A stretch of DNA of 64,000 nt, taken from positions 31,496,001-31,560,000 of the forward strand of contig CM074517.1 of NCBI GenBank assembly GCA_037379345.1. The letters are read 5' to 3'. This document shows, piece after piece, positions 51,373 through 64,000 of this stretch. A model generated the notes under the pieces. It did not search any database, had not been told where the DNA came from, and worked only from the letters and a program-made list of their open reading frames with translations. Numbering within the stretch: position 1 is the stretch's first letter; every line of letters starts with the position of its first letter. Source of the DNA: Perna viridis. Lineage: Eukaryota. Position numbers and translations under genes: made by a program.

Positions 51373-52477
51373 AACTCTAGAAGCAGCTCTAGTTCTGTAC
51401 CATCGATGTACCCATTTATCCAATTGTGCAATTAAGCTCCAAACAACGGTGTTTAAGTCTTGAATAGGAAGACAGATCGCTCTTCCGGAGCTTGCATATT
51501 CAGGAGTTGCAAAAATAGTGCCATGGCCAATGCTCTGGGGTTAGGGGTTACCCATATAATGTCCACACCGGATTTAACACGAACAATTTCAGTGCTTTTG
51601 AGACCCCGAAGGTACGAGAACACAATTAATTCCCCTTGGTTTCCGTTGTGTACGAATATAGTTCCAACTTTGGTAGTAGGTACCTTCCACATTTTTTCAT
51701 ATTTTTACTGGAAACTTTTTTGCTGAAGTTTTGCCTCTGATTGGTAGAAAATAGGTTAAAATTACATGGGATATTTTTTATTAATCAATTCTAACTAAAA
51801 GTTGTAATTTGGTGCAGTGGAAGAAGGTTAAAATTTTGGACTTTTAACTCGGTTCATTTCTCAGTTTACCCCACTTCTGGGTCATATGTATTCATATCAG
51901 AAAATGATGGTAAAATTTTCAAATATTTATCTATAAAATCCTGTTTGTACATATCTTTAGGCCAGAGAAGTTTTATTCATTTTGCGCCGGTGGAATGTTT
52001 TAATCTGCTCAAATGTGTATATTGAAATGCACTTGAAAATTAATTGTGGTCTCATGCCCGTAGACATGAAAAGTGACCACTGCCAAATGTTCTAAATTTT
52101 TACCTACTTCCATAAGACCAATTCACAACTTCCACATAAAATTACAGAATGAAAAAAAAATTCCTTGTAAATTTGATCCTTGCCCTACATTTCTGCAGTA
52201 AATACTAAGCAATAAAGTTTATGACTGCAAAGAAAAAAATCAGGAAGAAACACACCAAAAAAAAAGGAACTATAATCGTATACAATAAAAAGTCAAGGGG
52301 AATTAATTGTGATCTCGTACCGCCAGCATTTTTTTCAAGAAGTAATTCTCCTTTTTGCATCCGAGATTATTTTTGTAGAGGAGCGAAAATGGCCGAGTAG
52401 TCCCGATTGATGATAACGTTCACCTTTTGACCTCCAAATTGTTGCGGATCAAAATCTAAGATAAGAGGCGCACAGTA

Positions 52478-53772
52478 CGGGGCGCCGAATGGGGCTCTTG
52501 TAGTTTTGTACTCACAATTCAATTTTGTACAGACAAAAGTCGTTTTTTTTTTCAACAAAAATTAATTCCGATTGACAAAATTTATAAAATACTACAAATT
52601 TTCAACTTTCAAAAGTCAATGCTGTGGCACAAAATTCAACTTTGTGAGACAAAATTCAATTTTGTGTCACAAAAATCAATTTTGTCAGACAAAAGTCAGT
52701 TTTGTGTCACATTTTGTGTTTGCAAATTAGTTTACAGAATTCTTTGAATACGCAAATGAATTCTGTCATCACGATTTTGTAAGATTTCTCATTGGAAATA
52801 GTAACCTCAGGTTTCCGATTACTTCGAGCAACGCAGGACGGTTAAGGCCGTTTTAAGTGAAATTTAAAAAAAAATCTTATAAGTTGTTTCTACAGTAAAA
52901 CTGTTTTGAAATGACTAAAATTGCTATTATACTTTTTCTGTGAGATTTGTTTGAAAAATCAGGTTTTAGAATACGCGATTTTTCTACTTTCGATTCATTG
53001 GGATTTCTCCTGGTGAATCATGTGATCATTTCCTGACATCTTTCAACTCAACTATAAAATGCTTTGCCCGACCTGTTAATCGTAATCAAATTTTTAAAAA
53101 TTTGACAAGATAATTTGTATTTATATATTTGTCCCAAATTTTGCTGGAAAAAGAAATGAAATATCAGATTAGCCAAGAAAATCATATTAGAAATGTGTTG
53201 TGTGGTGAAATTTGTTATCTGTCTAAGTCGGCGAAAGATTATTTGTTCCACTATCCCTCACGATTTTTTGCCAGATACAGATAGATTCCTTATTTCATTC
53301 CGATTTTATTGATGTACATTTTGTATGACACAAAAAATTCGGTTGAATGGAACAAGATAAAGTGACACAGTGGGTTATACAATTACGATATCCAATATTT
53401 CTTTCACCTTTCACTTATGTGCTTTATTAAAACCGTGCACATTCGAACCATATCCACTGTATTGCAGTGACTGCTTTAAGTTTGTAATACACGTGTACAT
53501 GATGCTGCACATTTTGAATTAATTTGCATATCCAAAGGATTTTGTAAACTAATTTGCATACAAAGTTGACTTTTGTGACACAAAATTGAATTACGTCTCA
53601 CAGAATTGAATTTTTTGACACAGAATTGAATTTTGTGACACAGAGTTGAATTTTGTCTCACAGAATTGAATTTTGTGACACAGATCAAATTGACTTTTGG
53701 GACATAGAATTGAATTTTGTGACACAAAGTTGATTTTGATCACAAAAAGATCAAGTTCCATTCGGCGCCCCG
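52478..53772. mobile_element. 1.3-kb TA-TSD non-autonomous DNA transposon with subterminal ~20-bp repeats
   Basis: Perfect TIR CGGGGCGCCGAATGG / CCATTCGGCGCCCCG flanked by TA; inverted arrays of AAATTCAATTTTGTGTCACA at both ends. Confidence 0.88.
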
Positions 53773-53984
53773 TACACAGTGGGAATAGGAAATGAAGATT
53801 TTGTAAAAATTTCATTAAATTCTATTCAGTGGTATAGAAGGAGTAACGGATAAGAGATAAGAGATTGGTACGTCTCTGCGTAAGGGAAGTAGGGACGGAA
53901 AGAAGGGTAATCACTATCACTTACATTGGGGGGGGGGGGGGTTAAAAAAATGTCTATATACATGTGAATTTTCAATTTTTATAG

Positions 53985-54074
53985 GTAATTGCACAGTTGC
54001 GAAAGATATTAACACCAACTTAACTCTGAGTTCAGTCAGCTGTAATGAGTCCTACCCTGTCATATGTAAAGTTG
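53985..54074 (+). CDS. CTLD-mucin receptor exon 3 (C-terminal half of the CTLD)
   Basis: TTTTTATAG acceptor and G|GTAAGT donor, 90 nt, phase 1-1. Encodes GNCTVAKDINTNLTLSSVSCNESYPVICKV (C..C.......IC). Confidence 0.8.
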
Positions 54075-54666
54075 GTAAGTAAAATCCAAAAATCCAAGGC
54101 CATTGCTCTCGTTTAAAATGGTAGCTATTTATCAAATACTGGTTTATGTTTAATTGAGAACGGATATTAACATACTTGTGTTGGGCAAATATCTGCTAAT
54201 GGCCCAAATAACATGAAGGGTGATAGAGAATATTACTGTGGTGTAAAGTAACACACTTTTCATTGTAAATTTATTGGATAAATATCTTATTATTTAGAAG
54301 GAACGAGGAAGTACTAACACAGCCAAAAACTGGGTGATTTTAGTACGATAGAGTTTTAACATAAGTAATTGTATAAACATTGTGCAAGTAGCGGTATTTA
54401 AAAAAAAAAAAAAAAAAAAGGAGGTGATTCATACACGTCGGAAACCCACAAAATTTACTTTTATTTCTTATTCAGAAACTTTTCAAGGGTTATCGTGCTT
54501 GATTTGTTTTAAATTGGTTTTAGTGGAAGATTAATGTATAATTTTCTCAAAAGTATGTGGATATCAATGTAAAAAAGACTAATGTTCCCTTAAATACAGC
54601 ATCTGAAGATCGAAAAAAATGTGTGTTCTGTGTGTGTTTTCTACACTATGAATTACCTGTACCATA

Positions 54667-57608
54667 CAGGGGCGTTGCTACGTAAGGCTAGTTCAGGCTT
54701 GTGCCTGTACAAAATTTTGACTATTTTTTTTCTTTTTTAATATCTGATGGATGCATATAAAACGAGTACTGTACAGTAAAGGCTGATATTACTTTTTCAA
54801 TTGCGCTTCAGTGTAGCAACATGGAATCGGAAGTCCAACGTCATTTACCCGTTATCGGTTTTCTACTAATCATTCCAACGTTCCGATAACTTCTATAAAA
54901 GTAGATTTGCGATTTCCGCAAAATGGACAAGTTTATCATTCGACCAAAAAGAAAAAAGAAGAGATGAAAGATCAGAGGAAGGCAGTATTGAGAATGAGCT
55001 TTCAGTGTGTATTCTATCAGATACTGAGCCAGCGACCACTGCCAGTATTAATGATATTCGCACAGATCCTTCAGAAGTGCCATCAAATTCAAGTAGCTCT
55101 AGGTATAATACCACTATTAAGGGGAACCAGTCGCCTGCACATACCAGAAAGTAGTCCGTAAAAAACAAAGTAGTTCTTAGGATGCATTGTATATTTTTTG
55201 TGATTTAGCCAGTATATGCAAACTTGGTATCATCTGAAAGCTTATCATGTCAGGTACACAATGAATACAACAGTTTTGAACTCTGATGCAGAGAATAATT
55301 TGTCAGAGTCTAGATCTTAAGCGCATTGATTTGTCAAATTTCAAAAGGAAAGTAGTATTTTTAGTACCTGTCTACAGTTACACAGTTCCAACCACCATAC
55401 CCAGATGAAGCTAAACTTCGAAGCCTCAGTGAAATATCTGATACTGACAAACAACCAATTTTGTGCTCCAAATGGACGAATGCCTTCAGCTACCCTTTCC
55501 CTGCAAGGTTAAGAATCAATTTTTTCACCTAATAAAAATAACTGGATTTTACCAACCGTCCCTCAGCCCAAACTACTTACCCTATTTTTTGTTGTTCCTT
55601 TTTTACCTAGATTCTGCCATCGCTAATTTTTAATTATTGGTAAAGTTTGCCGTGGGAAACTCCGAGAAATATAATGATTTTGGTTAAGCAGCGTTAACTT
55701 TATTTTTAAAAGTCACGATATGTGCCCCATTGAAGTCTATAAAATGATTTTGAAAAACAAAATAATTTACCTACCCTATTTTTTCAACCCGAAACAGGCA
55801 TACTTATATTTTGTATTGGCCTAATACGACTTTCCGTTTAATAAAACTAGTGTAAATGTCTGAGCTACATGTATATGTTCCCTGGGCGTGAACGGTCCAG
55901 CCGTTTGAAATATCGTTATCGAAAGTTGACCAATGTCCATGTATACAAGAGGGGTAGACAGGGGGTTCCTGTTCCATTTTGCTATCGGGTTCCAGATCTC
56001 CCTCACTTGTTTTCTCTCATTTACTCCCATTGTAATATCCCGACAAGCTTGCACCCTAACTCCCATTTCTACCTCCCCTTATTCCCGGGTTCCTGTCTCC
56101 GTGTCCAACCCCTCATAAATGATTTATAAAGAGATAATTTGATACAAAAATGAAGTTAACTTTGTAAATAGAAAAATAAATAAAATAATGTTCATAATAT
56201 TAAAATGTACGTGTACATATTAATATAAAAAGAGAGGATATGGAGTGAATGTGCGTATGACAACACTTCACATGATATATTGAAAATATCACATTGAAAC
56301 TCAAGGAACAGGATTTTATTCCTGTTCTGCATCTTGATATTGTACAAGGGTCTTCAACAATGAACAGTTAGTTCATATACCCTCAAACAAGATCAAGAAG
56401 GCCCCTAACGTGCACTTAAGTGGAATTCTTTATAAAAGTAAGCCTGTCTAAACATTTCTGTCAGTAACTGCCCCAAATTGACATGAGTTATATTTTCAAA
56501 TACATTTAAATTGTTTCATTGCACAAAAATAGATAGCAACCAAATTTTTTTTTCAATACCCCCGTTCCGATAATCGAATGGTTACCAGTATCTACTTGTA
56601 ACCATTCGATTAACGAGAGGGGGCAATGAAAAAACAGTATCTACTTGTAACCATTCGATTAACGAGAGGGGGCAATGAAAAAACAGTATCTACTTGTAAC
56701 CATTCGATTAACGAGACGGGGACAATGAAAAAAGCTTTCTTTTAAATAAAGAGCTCATCACTTAGCCCGATTTTTAGAGTAAACACGAAAATATTTTAAA
56801 AATTAGGTACATGTACTCTGTACTCGAAAACATCGCGATTTCTACAAGTGCTCTATGTAGATATCAGTTTCCTGTCGGTCCTTCGAACAAAAAGTTGTCC
56901 CCGTAATTTATACGACAGTCACATTGAAATCTCGTCCCCGTAATTAAAACATTGAAATTTACCAATGATGTACTAAAATGCCTGCCTAATATTCACCCAA
57001 TATTATTAGAAGACGTGTCAGGAATGCGAGTTTAATGTTGTCTATCTGTCCGTTGGTCTAGAATATGTTGTCTTCATTGACAACGTCGAAAGCCTTTGTA
57101 ACAACTGGATCTATCATTTTAATTTTACGATTTTATTGGAAATGATATATATACCTTGACAACACTGTTGACGTTTTTGCCAGTAGAAAAAAATCGACGT
57201 CTGGACTTCCCATAAACAAGATAGTATTCAGAAGGAAAAAAAAATGTAAAATAATTACAGAACACCTTAAATTTCATGACCTTTTTCTTTGTGAATTCTT
57301 CCATATTGAATAGTAGATTAGGACTACCTTTTTGAAAACAAAATGGATATGGAGTAACGCAACATATGCACACTTAAACTGTAGTATTTTTTAACTTTCA
57401 CGTCCAACTTAACCAAGACAAACATGTATATATGAAGAAATGATTCAGCCTTTTAGGTGTACGAATCAGGCAAAACATGCATTTCTTCATCAAAGAAATG
57501 CGATTGATTTTACCTAAAACCGGTGAGCTTCGGTGGGCTTTGCCCCCCACCTCCCGGGCCCTTGACCCACAGTGCCTATATATCTATCAATATCTAGCTA
57601 CGCCCCTG
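54667..57608 (+). mobile_element. 2.9-kb hAT-like element with a degenerate transposase N-terminus
   Basis: TIR CAGGGGCGTTGCTA / TAGCTACGCCCCTG, flanks CCATA / TCATA. Frameshifted MDKFIIRPKRK.. ORF at 54923 and an exon-like segment at 55378-55507 (..ISDTDKQPILCSKWTNAFSYPFPAR). Confidence 0.6.
56547..56733. repeat. Palindrome whose spacer and right arm are triplicated (49-bp unit x3)
   Basis: Left arm TTTTTTCAATACCCCC..TAATCGAATGGTTAC; unit CAGTATCTACTTGTAACCATTCGATTAACGAGAGGGGGCAATGAAAAAA at 56586, 56635 and 56684. Confidence 0.9.
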
Positions 57609-57932
57609 TCATAGGCAGTGCTAGAATTTTGTTTGGACTGGTGCTTACTAGTTTTAAATACTCAACATCAGATAAAACGGAAAAAGAAAAAAAAAACTAG
57701 ATGGTTTTCTTGACCGAAGCGGTTGTACGATTTACTTTTGGGACAAAGTAAAGAGGAAATACTAAAAGAATTCCGAAAAATCACAAGCTTGAACTTCGAC
57801 AGTAGTATACCAGAGTTTGATCTTGAATTAGTACATTATTTCGTAATTTTCTGAGGATGCGTTATATTTATTTACTATACTGCAAGACATCATTCATTTA
57901 TAGTCATGCTTCACTATTTTTATATTTGGTAG

Positions 57933-58394
57933 AAGTTTTTGATTCACGCAGTACTGACGCCTTACCTACTACACTCAGTGCAAACGACTTTCCTGCACTC
58001 AAAACTGAAGATGTGTCTACTACACTCAACAACCTTACATCTACTCTCAAAACTGACATTTCTACTACACTGAAAACTGTTGACATCCGCACTACACTCA
58101 AAACTGACGAGATGCCTACCTCATATAGAACTGACAAATTTTTTACCACACTCAGCGCTGACAACCAATCTACTACACTTGAAACAGACTACTTCCCCAC
58201 TGCACACAGCACTACTGATGAGATGACATCGGTTGCAACCAAAGCGTTCGGCTCATCGTCTTTCTTTCCACTAGAAAATGAGACTGTAGCATCATCGATC
58301 TTAATCTCTGAAATAACAACATCAACGTCGGAAAACCGGACAGAAATGACGACAACACATGGTAACACCAAACAGGAGAAAAGCAGCGGTGTAG
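57933..58394 (+). CDS. CTLD-mucin receptor exon 4 (Thr-rich mucin stalk, ~9-aa TTLKTD repeats)
   Basis: TTGGTAG acceptor and G|GTAAGT donor, 462 nt, phase 1-1; lies within ORF 57857-58414. Confidence 0.85.
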
Positions 58395-58792
58395 GTAAGT
58401 TTGTTATAAATTAACTTACGATAAAACTTCTTCTTAAAGACTATTTAAGATTTATTTCCTGTTATCAAAGGTAAAATTTTAATAATACACCTACGATATT
58501 CAGGAAGTACACTGTAGTATGTTATCAAATGGGAAATGAAAAGACTTTATTAAAACCAAACCGAACGGTTGTAGTCCAGTCCTAAATTGCTGTACACGAA
58601 TGTGCACAAGAAGTCTGTCGGAAAACATTGAGTGATCATGGTTGTATTCTCAGAAGGTTTGTTTCTTTGTTGTGCTATTTGATATGTTCGAAATGTTTAA
58701 CCCGGAAGAATAGGAATTTTAAGATATTAGAGTCTAATCCAGACATAGTTGACAAGGGGAATGTTAAAGTAAATCATGTTTGAAAATTACAA

Positions 58793-58928
58793 ATTAGACC
58801 ATTTGTGGTAAGTTTATGAGCATGCTCTATGTATACTTCCGCGAGGTAGGGCTTAGGTAGAAGAAAAGAACTTTCCATGCTCCACGCATGCTCATGATTT
58901 CCGAAGAGGTAGCACAAAAGGGTCTATT
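58793..58928. mobile_element. ~140-bp MITE, copy 2 of 22952-23104
   Basis: TAGACCATTTGTGGTAAGTTTATGAGCATGCTC...AAAAGGGTCTATT. Confidence 0.75.
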
Positions 58929-59904
58929 GACTTATTTGTCCATGTAATATATTACACAAACTTCTCCCTGTCAAATACAAATCGGAGGAGTTATCACAAA
59001 CAAGGAGAAGTTTGTGCTCATTTCTCCCTCTAGATTAGGCTATGAGTATAATTTATCAATCAATTTGATTAAATCGTTAATGGCTTAAACATGAATTGTT
59101 TATTGATATTTTGTCTACTCTTGCTTTCAAAGAATGACTGACAGTAGCAATGAGTGTTGGGTAAATTCTTAAAATGTTGAAAAATGAGAAAAAAAATATA
59201 TAGTGTTGTGTTATTGGTTTTCCTTATTTACTTAATAGAAATCGGTCCAGAAAACGATTTTTTCTAAATGAAAAATATGACAAGCTCCTTGGTAAGGCCG
59301 GAACACCGCATAACGTTAAATGTAAGTGTTTGTAAGAATCAGGCGAAATGGGAAAAGAAACGTGCATGTCAAAATCCCACCAATCTGACAATATAATTAC
59401 TTAAGAATGCTTCCTCTGTTTGATCTCTGCCTCTTTGGATTTGCTCATAAAATTTTTAATAGAATGCTAGAAAAATGAGGATTTTGACAGTGCTATTCCC
59501 TATGAAATGTTCATTTTCTGTGCATTTTAATAAAATTATAACTGAATTTACCAATATGATACATGTATGGAAAATCTTGCTTTTTTTCATTGATTGTGAT
59601 GGTGGAAATAGTCAAATCAAACTTTAAAAATGGATTTTTTTCACGCAATGTTTCACCTACTGCCGGTTTCTTACAGAGACTGTCTTTTAAAAGTATACAA
59701 GTATGTCAATAACACTAGTTCAGTACTATATTACAACCCACTTACCAGAAATATCAACCGAATTTACCTTCAAATACCTTGAAATTGAACTTCTTACATA
59801 AAAATTTGAATTTAGTAATTTACATGTTATCATAATGACCTATATAACCACCTATTATCCAAATAAAGGAAGTAAATCATATTTAGATCCACGCCGCAGT
59901 GGAA

Positions 59905-59980
59905 GAGGTTTAGCGCCGTGCTGTAAAACCTAGATTTAACCCACCATTTCGCCAGAAGTGCCTGTATCAACTCAGGACCA
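59905..59980 (+). mobile_element. LINE/SINE 3'-tail fragment related to 8160-8220
   Basis: TAAAACCTAGATTTAACCCACCATTT..GTGCCTGTATCAACTCAGGA. Confidence 0.45.
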
Positions 59981-60245
59981 TTGCAGTACCAGGTGCTCCG
60001 GTGGTATAATATCTATTTTGCCAGATTTATTTTGGATTTGACTTGATTATGAATCGGATTAGTAATTTTGTTGTTACCATTATTTAGATGAGTAAATTTT
60101 AATACGTTTGAAAGTTAATGTGGTCCATATGGACTCAACTAGCTTTGGTTCTTATTGCCATAGGATAACGTTCACCATTGGGCCTGAGTTTGATTAGTCT
60201 ATTATGAAAAAAAATAATGTTTGAAATTAATTTATGCATTTTTAG

Positions 60246-60321
60246 GAGTGGTCCTTTTCGGAGTAGTAGGCGGATGTTCCTTAGTTGCTCTTCTTGTTCT
60301 TGTGGCAGTATGCATTCGAAG
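60246..60321 (+). CDS. CTLD-mucin receptor exon 5 (transmembrane helix)
   Basis: TTTTTAG acceptor and AG|GTTCGT donor, phase 1 to 2; encodes GVVLFGVVGGCSLVALLVLVAVCIRR. Confidence 0.85.
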
Positions 60322-61650
60322 GTTCGTATATTTCAATTGAGCAATTTTAACTTGTGCTTGAATGTATGATTAACACAGCCAGTTTTTGGCTTCGAGAACC
60401 GAACTGTAAAAATGAAAATGGAACAACTACAATTAATATTCATGAAACTGTGAGCAGTTCGAATGGTAGTATATTGGCGGGACGGATTTACTTTTATTTG
60501 AAGAGTGAATGTAATATTTTACGGTCTGTGAAGAATTTCAACCACAATGTGCACACTAAATAACCCACGTAGCATGTTTTCAAGTCTGCACTATGGGTTT
60601 ATTTTGAATAGACGGGGAAAAAAGTTGAATAAGAGACATTGATGACGTCACTTTCTTGTTGTAAAATAGTGCCAGTAAGACGATACAACTTTCATCTAAA
60701 CAAAAAACGCGATACTTCTACAATTATTAAATTATCATGATATAGATGCTGCTAAATAAACCCTTCAGATACACGAATTCCTTACGAATAGTCAATTCGT
60801 ATTCAATACATATTTAATTCGCCAGAATCCATGAATAACTCAATAACATCTCATACATGCGTTCGCTGACATTCGTATCAATTCGTTTAAGAAGATGGAA
60901 TTTGTTTTATCATTCGCATAAGACTCTTTCCGATTCTTGATGCCTCCGTTTCATACATTATTTTTTCTACCGAATCCTTACGAAACCAAATTTACAAAGT
61001 TCCATAAACTTACATGAGTTTTTGCAAATAAGCCACAAGTGATTTGCTAGTGCTTTACAATTGGCCACGTGTTTCAACAATCACTTCACGATTTAATATG
61101 AGTGAAAGTCGATGAATTTATGATGAAAGTTCACGATTCAGAAATGTTAGATACGAGCAATTTACGAATGCAAAGAGTGTTTTTATAATTATTGTGAGTA
61201 CAATATCCATTGTTACGATTTGATCCCAGCTTTAACTAATAATTAACAAATATTTAACGGTAAACCAATGAGCTTTTACGAATATTTTACGAATATTTAC
61301 GGTATAGTTATGAGTGAAAAACAAACGGAAATGATTGCTTTTAATAGGATTGTATTCACTCGTAAAAATGCTAGGCCATACAGCCTCATTCATTCTTCAG
61401 TTAAATATTTCGGAAAGAAAATATTCAGAAAAATGAGACGCGTATTACGAGAGAAACAAGTTAATATTTTATCAAAACTTTGTGCGACTCCTTCTCCCAC
61501 TGGCACAGAGGGATGAAGAAGAATCCGCAACAATGAAAGCATGTTTGTCGGAATGGGATGATGCACAGTGTGCTCGAATGAGGAGAGAAATCTAGCCAAC
61601 CAAGATTCGAATGGTAGTAAAAACGACTAGATGACAGACAAACACAAAGT

Positions 61651-61824
61651 NNNNNNNNNNNNNNNNNNNNNNNNNNNNNNNNNNNNNNNNNNNNNNNNNN
61701 NNNNNNNNNNNNNNNNNNNNNNNNNNNNNNNNNNNNNNNNNNNNNNNNNNNNNNNNNNNNNNNNNNNNNNNNNNNNNNNNNNNNNNNNNNNNNNNNNNNN
61801 NNNNNNNNNNNNNNNNNNNNNNNN
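61651..61824. other. Assembly gap (174 N)
   Basis: Run of N. Confidence 1.
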
Positions 61825-61825
61825 A

Positions 61826-62270
61826 ATTAGCAACCCGAACTTCCTAAAATCTGGGAGCATGAACCAGGTGCACCGGTAGGGTAAGCGTCGTCTGCTTTTC
61901 TAAAAACACCCATCTAATTGTTCAACAAATGCGACATTCGGGGTCGACGAAAAAGGAAAGGAAAAAGATGACATGGTGATCAAATCGGTCCTCATGATAC
62001 ATATGTATACACCATAATGAGAACATGATGACGAACAATAAATTTTTTGTAATCTTCGCTTTGTAACATCATAATCCTGTCGCAGAGGCCTTAAAGTAAG
62101 AAAGTTATCGCGGTACAAAAGTTTTATTTTGGCAAGACATAGCCTTTGAGTTGTGATATGAAAACTCCATTCGCAGGTGGTGAAGGTATGTTTACACAGA
62201 TGAAAGGAAAATTGAAGATACGCAACGAGAAGTCATCGCATTTGTCGTATAGTTTGGTTATCAGTTCATT
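61826..62270 (-). mobile_element. Penelope-like RT thumb region and 3' UTR remnant (longest copy)
   Basis: LITKLYDKCDDFSLRIFNFPFICVNIPSPPANGVFISQL, then YRDNFLTLRPLRQDYDVTKRRLQKIY, then GGGTGTTTTTAGAAAAGCAGACGACGCTTACCCTACCGGTGCACCTGG. Confidence 0.8.
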
Positions 62271-62647
62271 TTCCGTGAGCTCATCTTGATCCGAAAATCC
62301 ACCGCAAAACAACTACTCACAATTATTTGTAAATGAATCGTAAAACGATCCATTAGATAATTGTTCACGAGTTCTGGCGAATGCTCTACGAGTTTTTGCA
62401 ATCAGTTAACGATGTGTTACAATTGTTAAAAGTAGTTGGCGATCTCGACCTCTTTACGAATGAAATAATCAATAAAGATTAGTGGATATTCTTATCAAAT
62501 CTTTATCACAGATCCATATGATGTAAATCAAGGCGATGAAGAACTATAACATTTCATTGGACAAACCATTATCACATGGAAAACGTTTTTTCTTTATGCA
62601 TTTCCATTTCAAAGAAAAGCAATGCATATGATACAGTTTAATTTCAG

Positions 62648-63209
62648 GCACCAGGTTCCAAAACCAATACCAGCACATGGAAGACAAGAACCAGCACAAT
62701 TTCATAGGATAGACAGCAATCATAGCACGGTTAGTATAGACATGCAACCATTTGATGACCGACTTCACATACCAATCGATTCATCGGCTCCACGGGACAG
62801 CCTATTTACTGATTTCGGGAACTTCTTTCGCAAAAGTAGTACCCGATCAGCAAAATCATCAAAATCTAACGGGTCATTGCGAATGAAGAAGGCAAAATTG
62901 AAAAAGAAAGAAGAACTAGAGAAACCGTCATATTTAGACAGACCTTCGAGGCTAATGGCTGTAATGCGAAATACGTTTCGACGAAACTCAAAACAAAAAG
63001 CCAGAGGAAATCTTTCGGAAGATTATCCTATAGCAGACACGGAAACAGTGGACATTTCAATTCAAGACAAAAATTGTGTTGTGCAATATCATCGTGATAA
63101 TACAGACGCTTCATCATCAGAAATCGGTAAAAGTGATAAACAGGACAATTGTGATTCCGGAATAAATTGTAGCAGTATTGAGATTGTAGTAACTGAACAT
63201 AATAATTAA
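62648..63209 (+). CDS. CTLD-mucin receptor exon 6 (cytoplasmic tail to stop)
   Basis: ATTTCAG acceptor in phase 2, matching the TM exon; open to TAA at 63209. Joined CDS is 1428 nt, 475 aa. Confidence 0.8.
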
Positions 63210-64000
63210 TGGTTTTAAGTAGCGGTCTATATAAAAATCGGACAAAAGGTGATTTATGCATTTCAAAAACCCACTTAACTCACTTTCATTCCTTGGTCAG
63301 AAACAGCCACTGATCACAAAACCAGTCTTAGTTTTTCAATTGGAGGTTGCGCTATTGAGATAAAAATTATATAGATTGTACTTAAAATTTACATTTTGCA
63401 AGAGTTATCGTTCTTGATTTTGTTTGATTTTATTGGGAGATAAATGTAAGATTTTCCCAAAAGATAGTGTAGATCTGAATACAGAAACAAATATTTTTAT
63501 GTAAATATATATCATATGTAGATTGACAAAGCGTTGTTTGTTCGGTTGGTTTTTCTACATCATGAATCACTTTACTATTGGCAGTGTCTGAATTTTATGT
63601 GGACTGGTACTTAAGAAAAACAAAACATTGTGTCATTCGCCATACAAAGTACGGTACATTCCCAAAAGGTTTTATGCTCAGCACAGTAAATTGACTACAT
63701 GCAATGTACATCTTACTTTCTCAAGTTTTAATGTCATTAAGTATACGATCATCTATCATTAATTTATTTTATTCTTATGAAAATGAATGATTATTTCTTC
63801 AAATTCGTAAAATCCTTTCTGCAAAATAAAAGATGACAACTTAAATTCGTTATGGCGTGTGTAATGTACTGATAACTTGTAAATATGGGATCCTAGTTCA
63901 ACACTATGAGTTTTGACTTCAGGTCTTGTGTTTCTTAGAACTTTCTTTATATATGTACCTTTATTTTAAAAAGGGGAAGGGTATCACATTGAATAAAAAG

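Noticed and set aside
58504-59330. Extra exon-like segments between the mucin and TM exons (58504, 59133, 59240)
   Set aside because: They contain stops in the required phase, and 58394 joins 60246 in frame without them. They could be decayed exons.

Overview
AT-rich animal genomic DNA; the repeat families and genes suggest a bivalve mollusc, most likely an oyster (inference). Four protein-coding genes can be reconstructed by hand. (1) A 3-exon even-skipped (Evx) homeobox gene on the minus strand (30965-27189, 344 aa). (2) MCUR1/CCDC90-family mitochondrial protein with an intron-free CDS (minus, 43804-42881, 307 aa). (3) A stand-alone NHL/beta-propeller protein (plus, 46929-47840). (4) A 6-coding-exon type I membrane protein, mostly missed by the ORF track: signal peptide, divergent C-type-lectin-like domain, Thr-rich mucin stalk, TM helix and long cytoplasmic tail (plus, 50050-63209, about 475 aa). 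The 27 kb downstream of Evx has no recognisable conserved gene. It holds clustered Hox/Cdx/Pbx-type motifs and a candidate 45-aa secreted micropeptide exon. The rest is a dense mix of transposon remnants: Penelope-like RT 3' fragments, a Helentron-type element with an internal satellite, TA-TSD MITEs, 5-bp-TSD hAT-like elements and a SINE with a non-tRNA head. The most unusual signal is a three-copy family of (TA)n-associated elements with terminal direct repeats. They carry an internal tRNA-like Pol III cassette whose A-box is paired by a covarying upstream hairpin. One assembly gap lies at 61651-61824. All calls are from manual reading; no searches were run.
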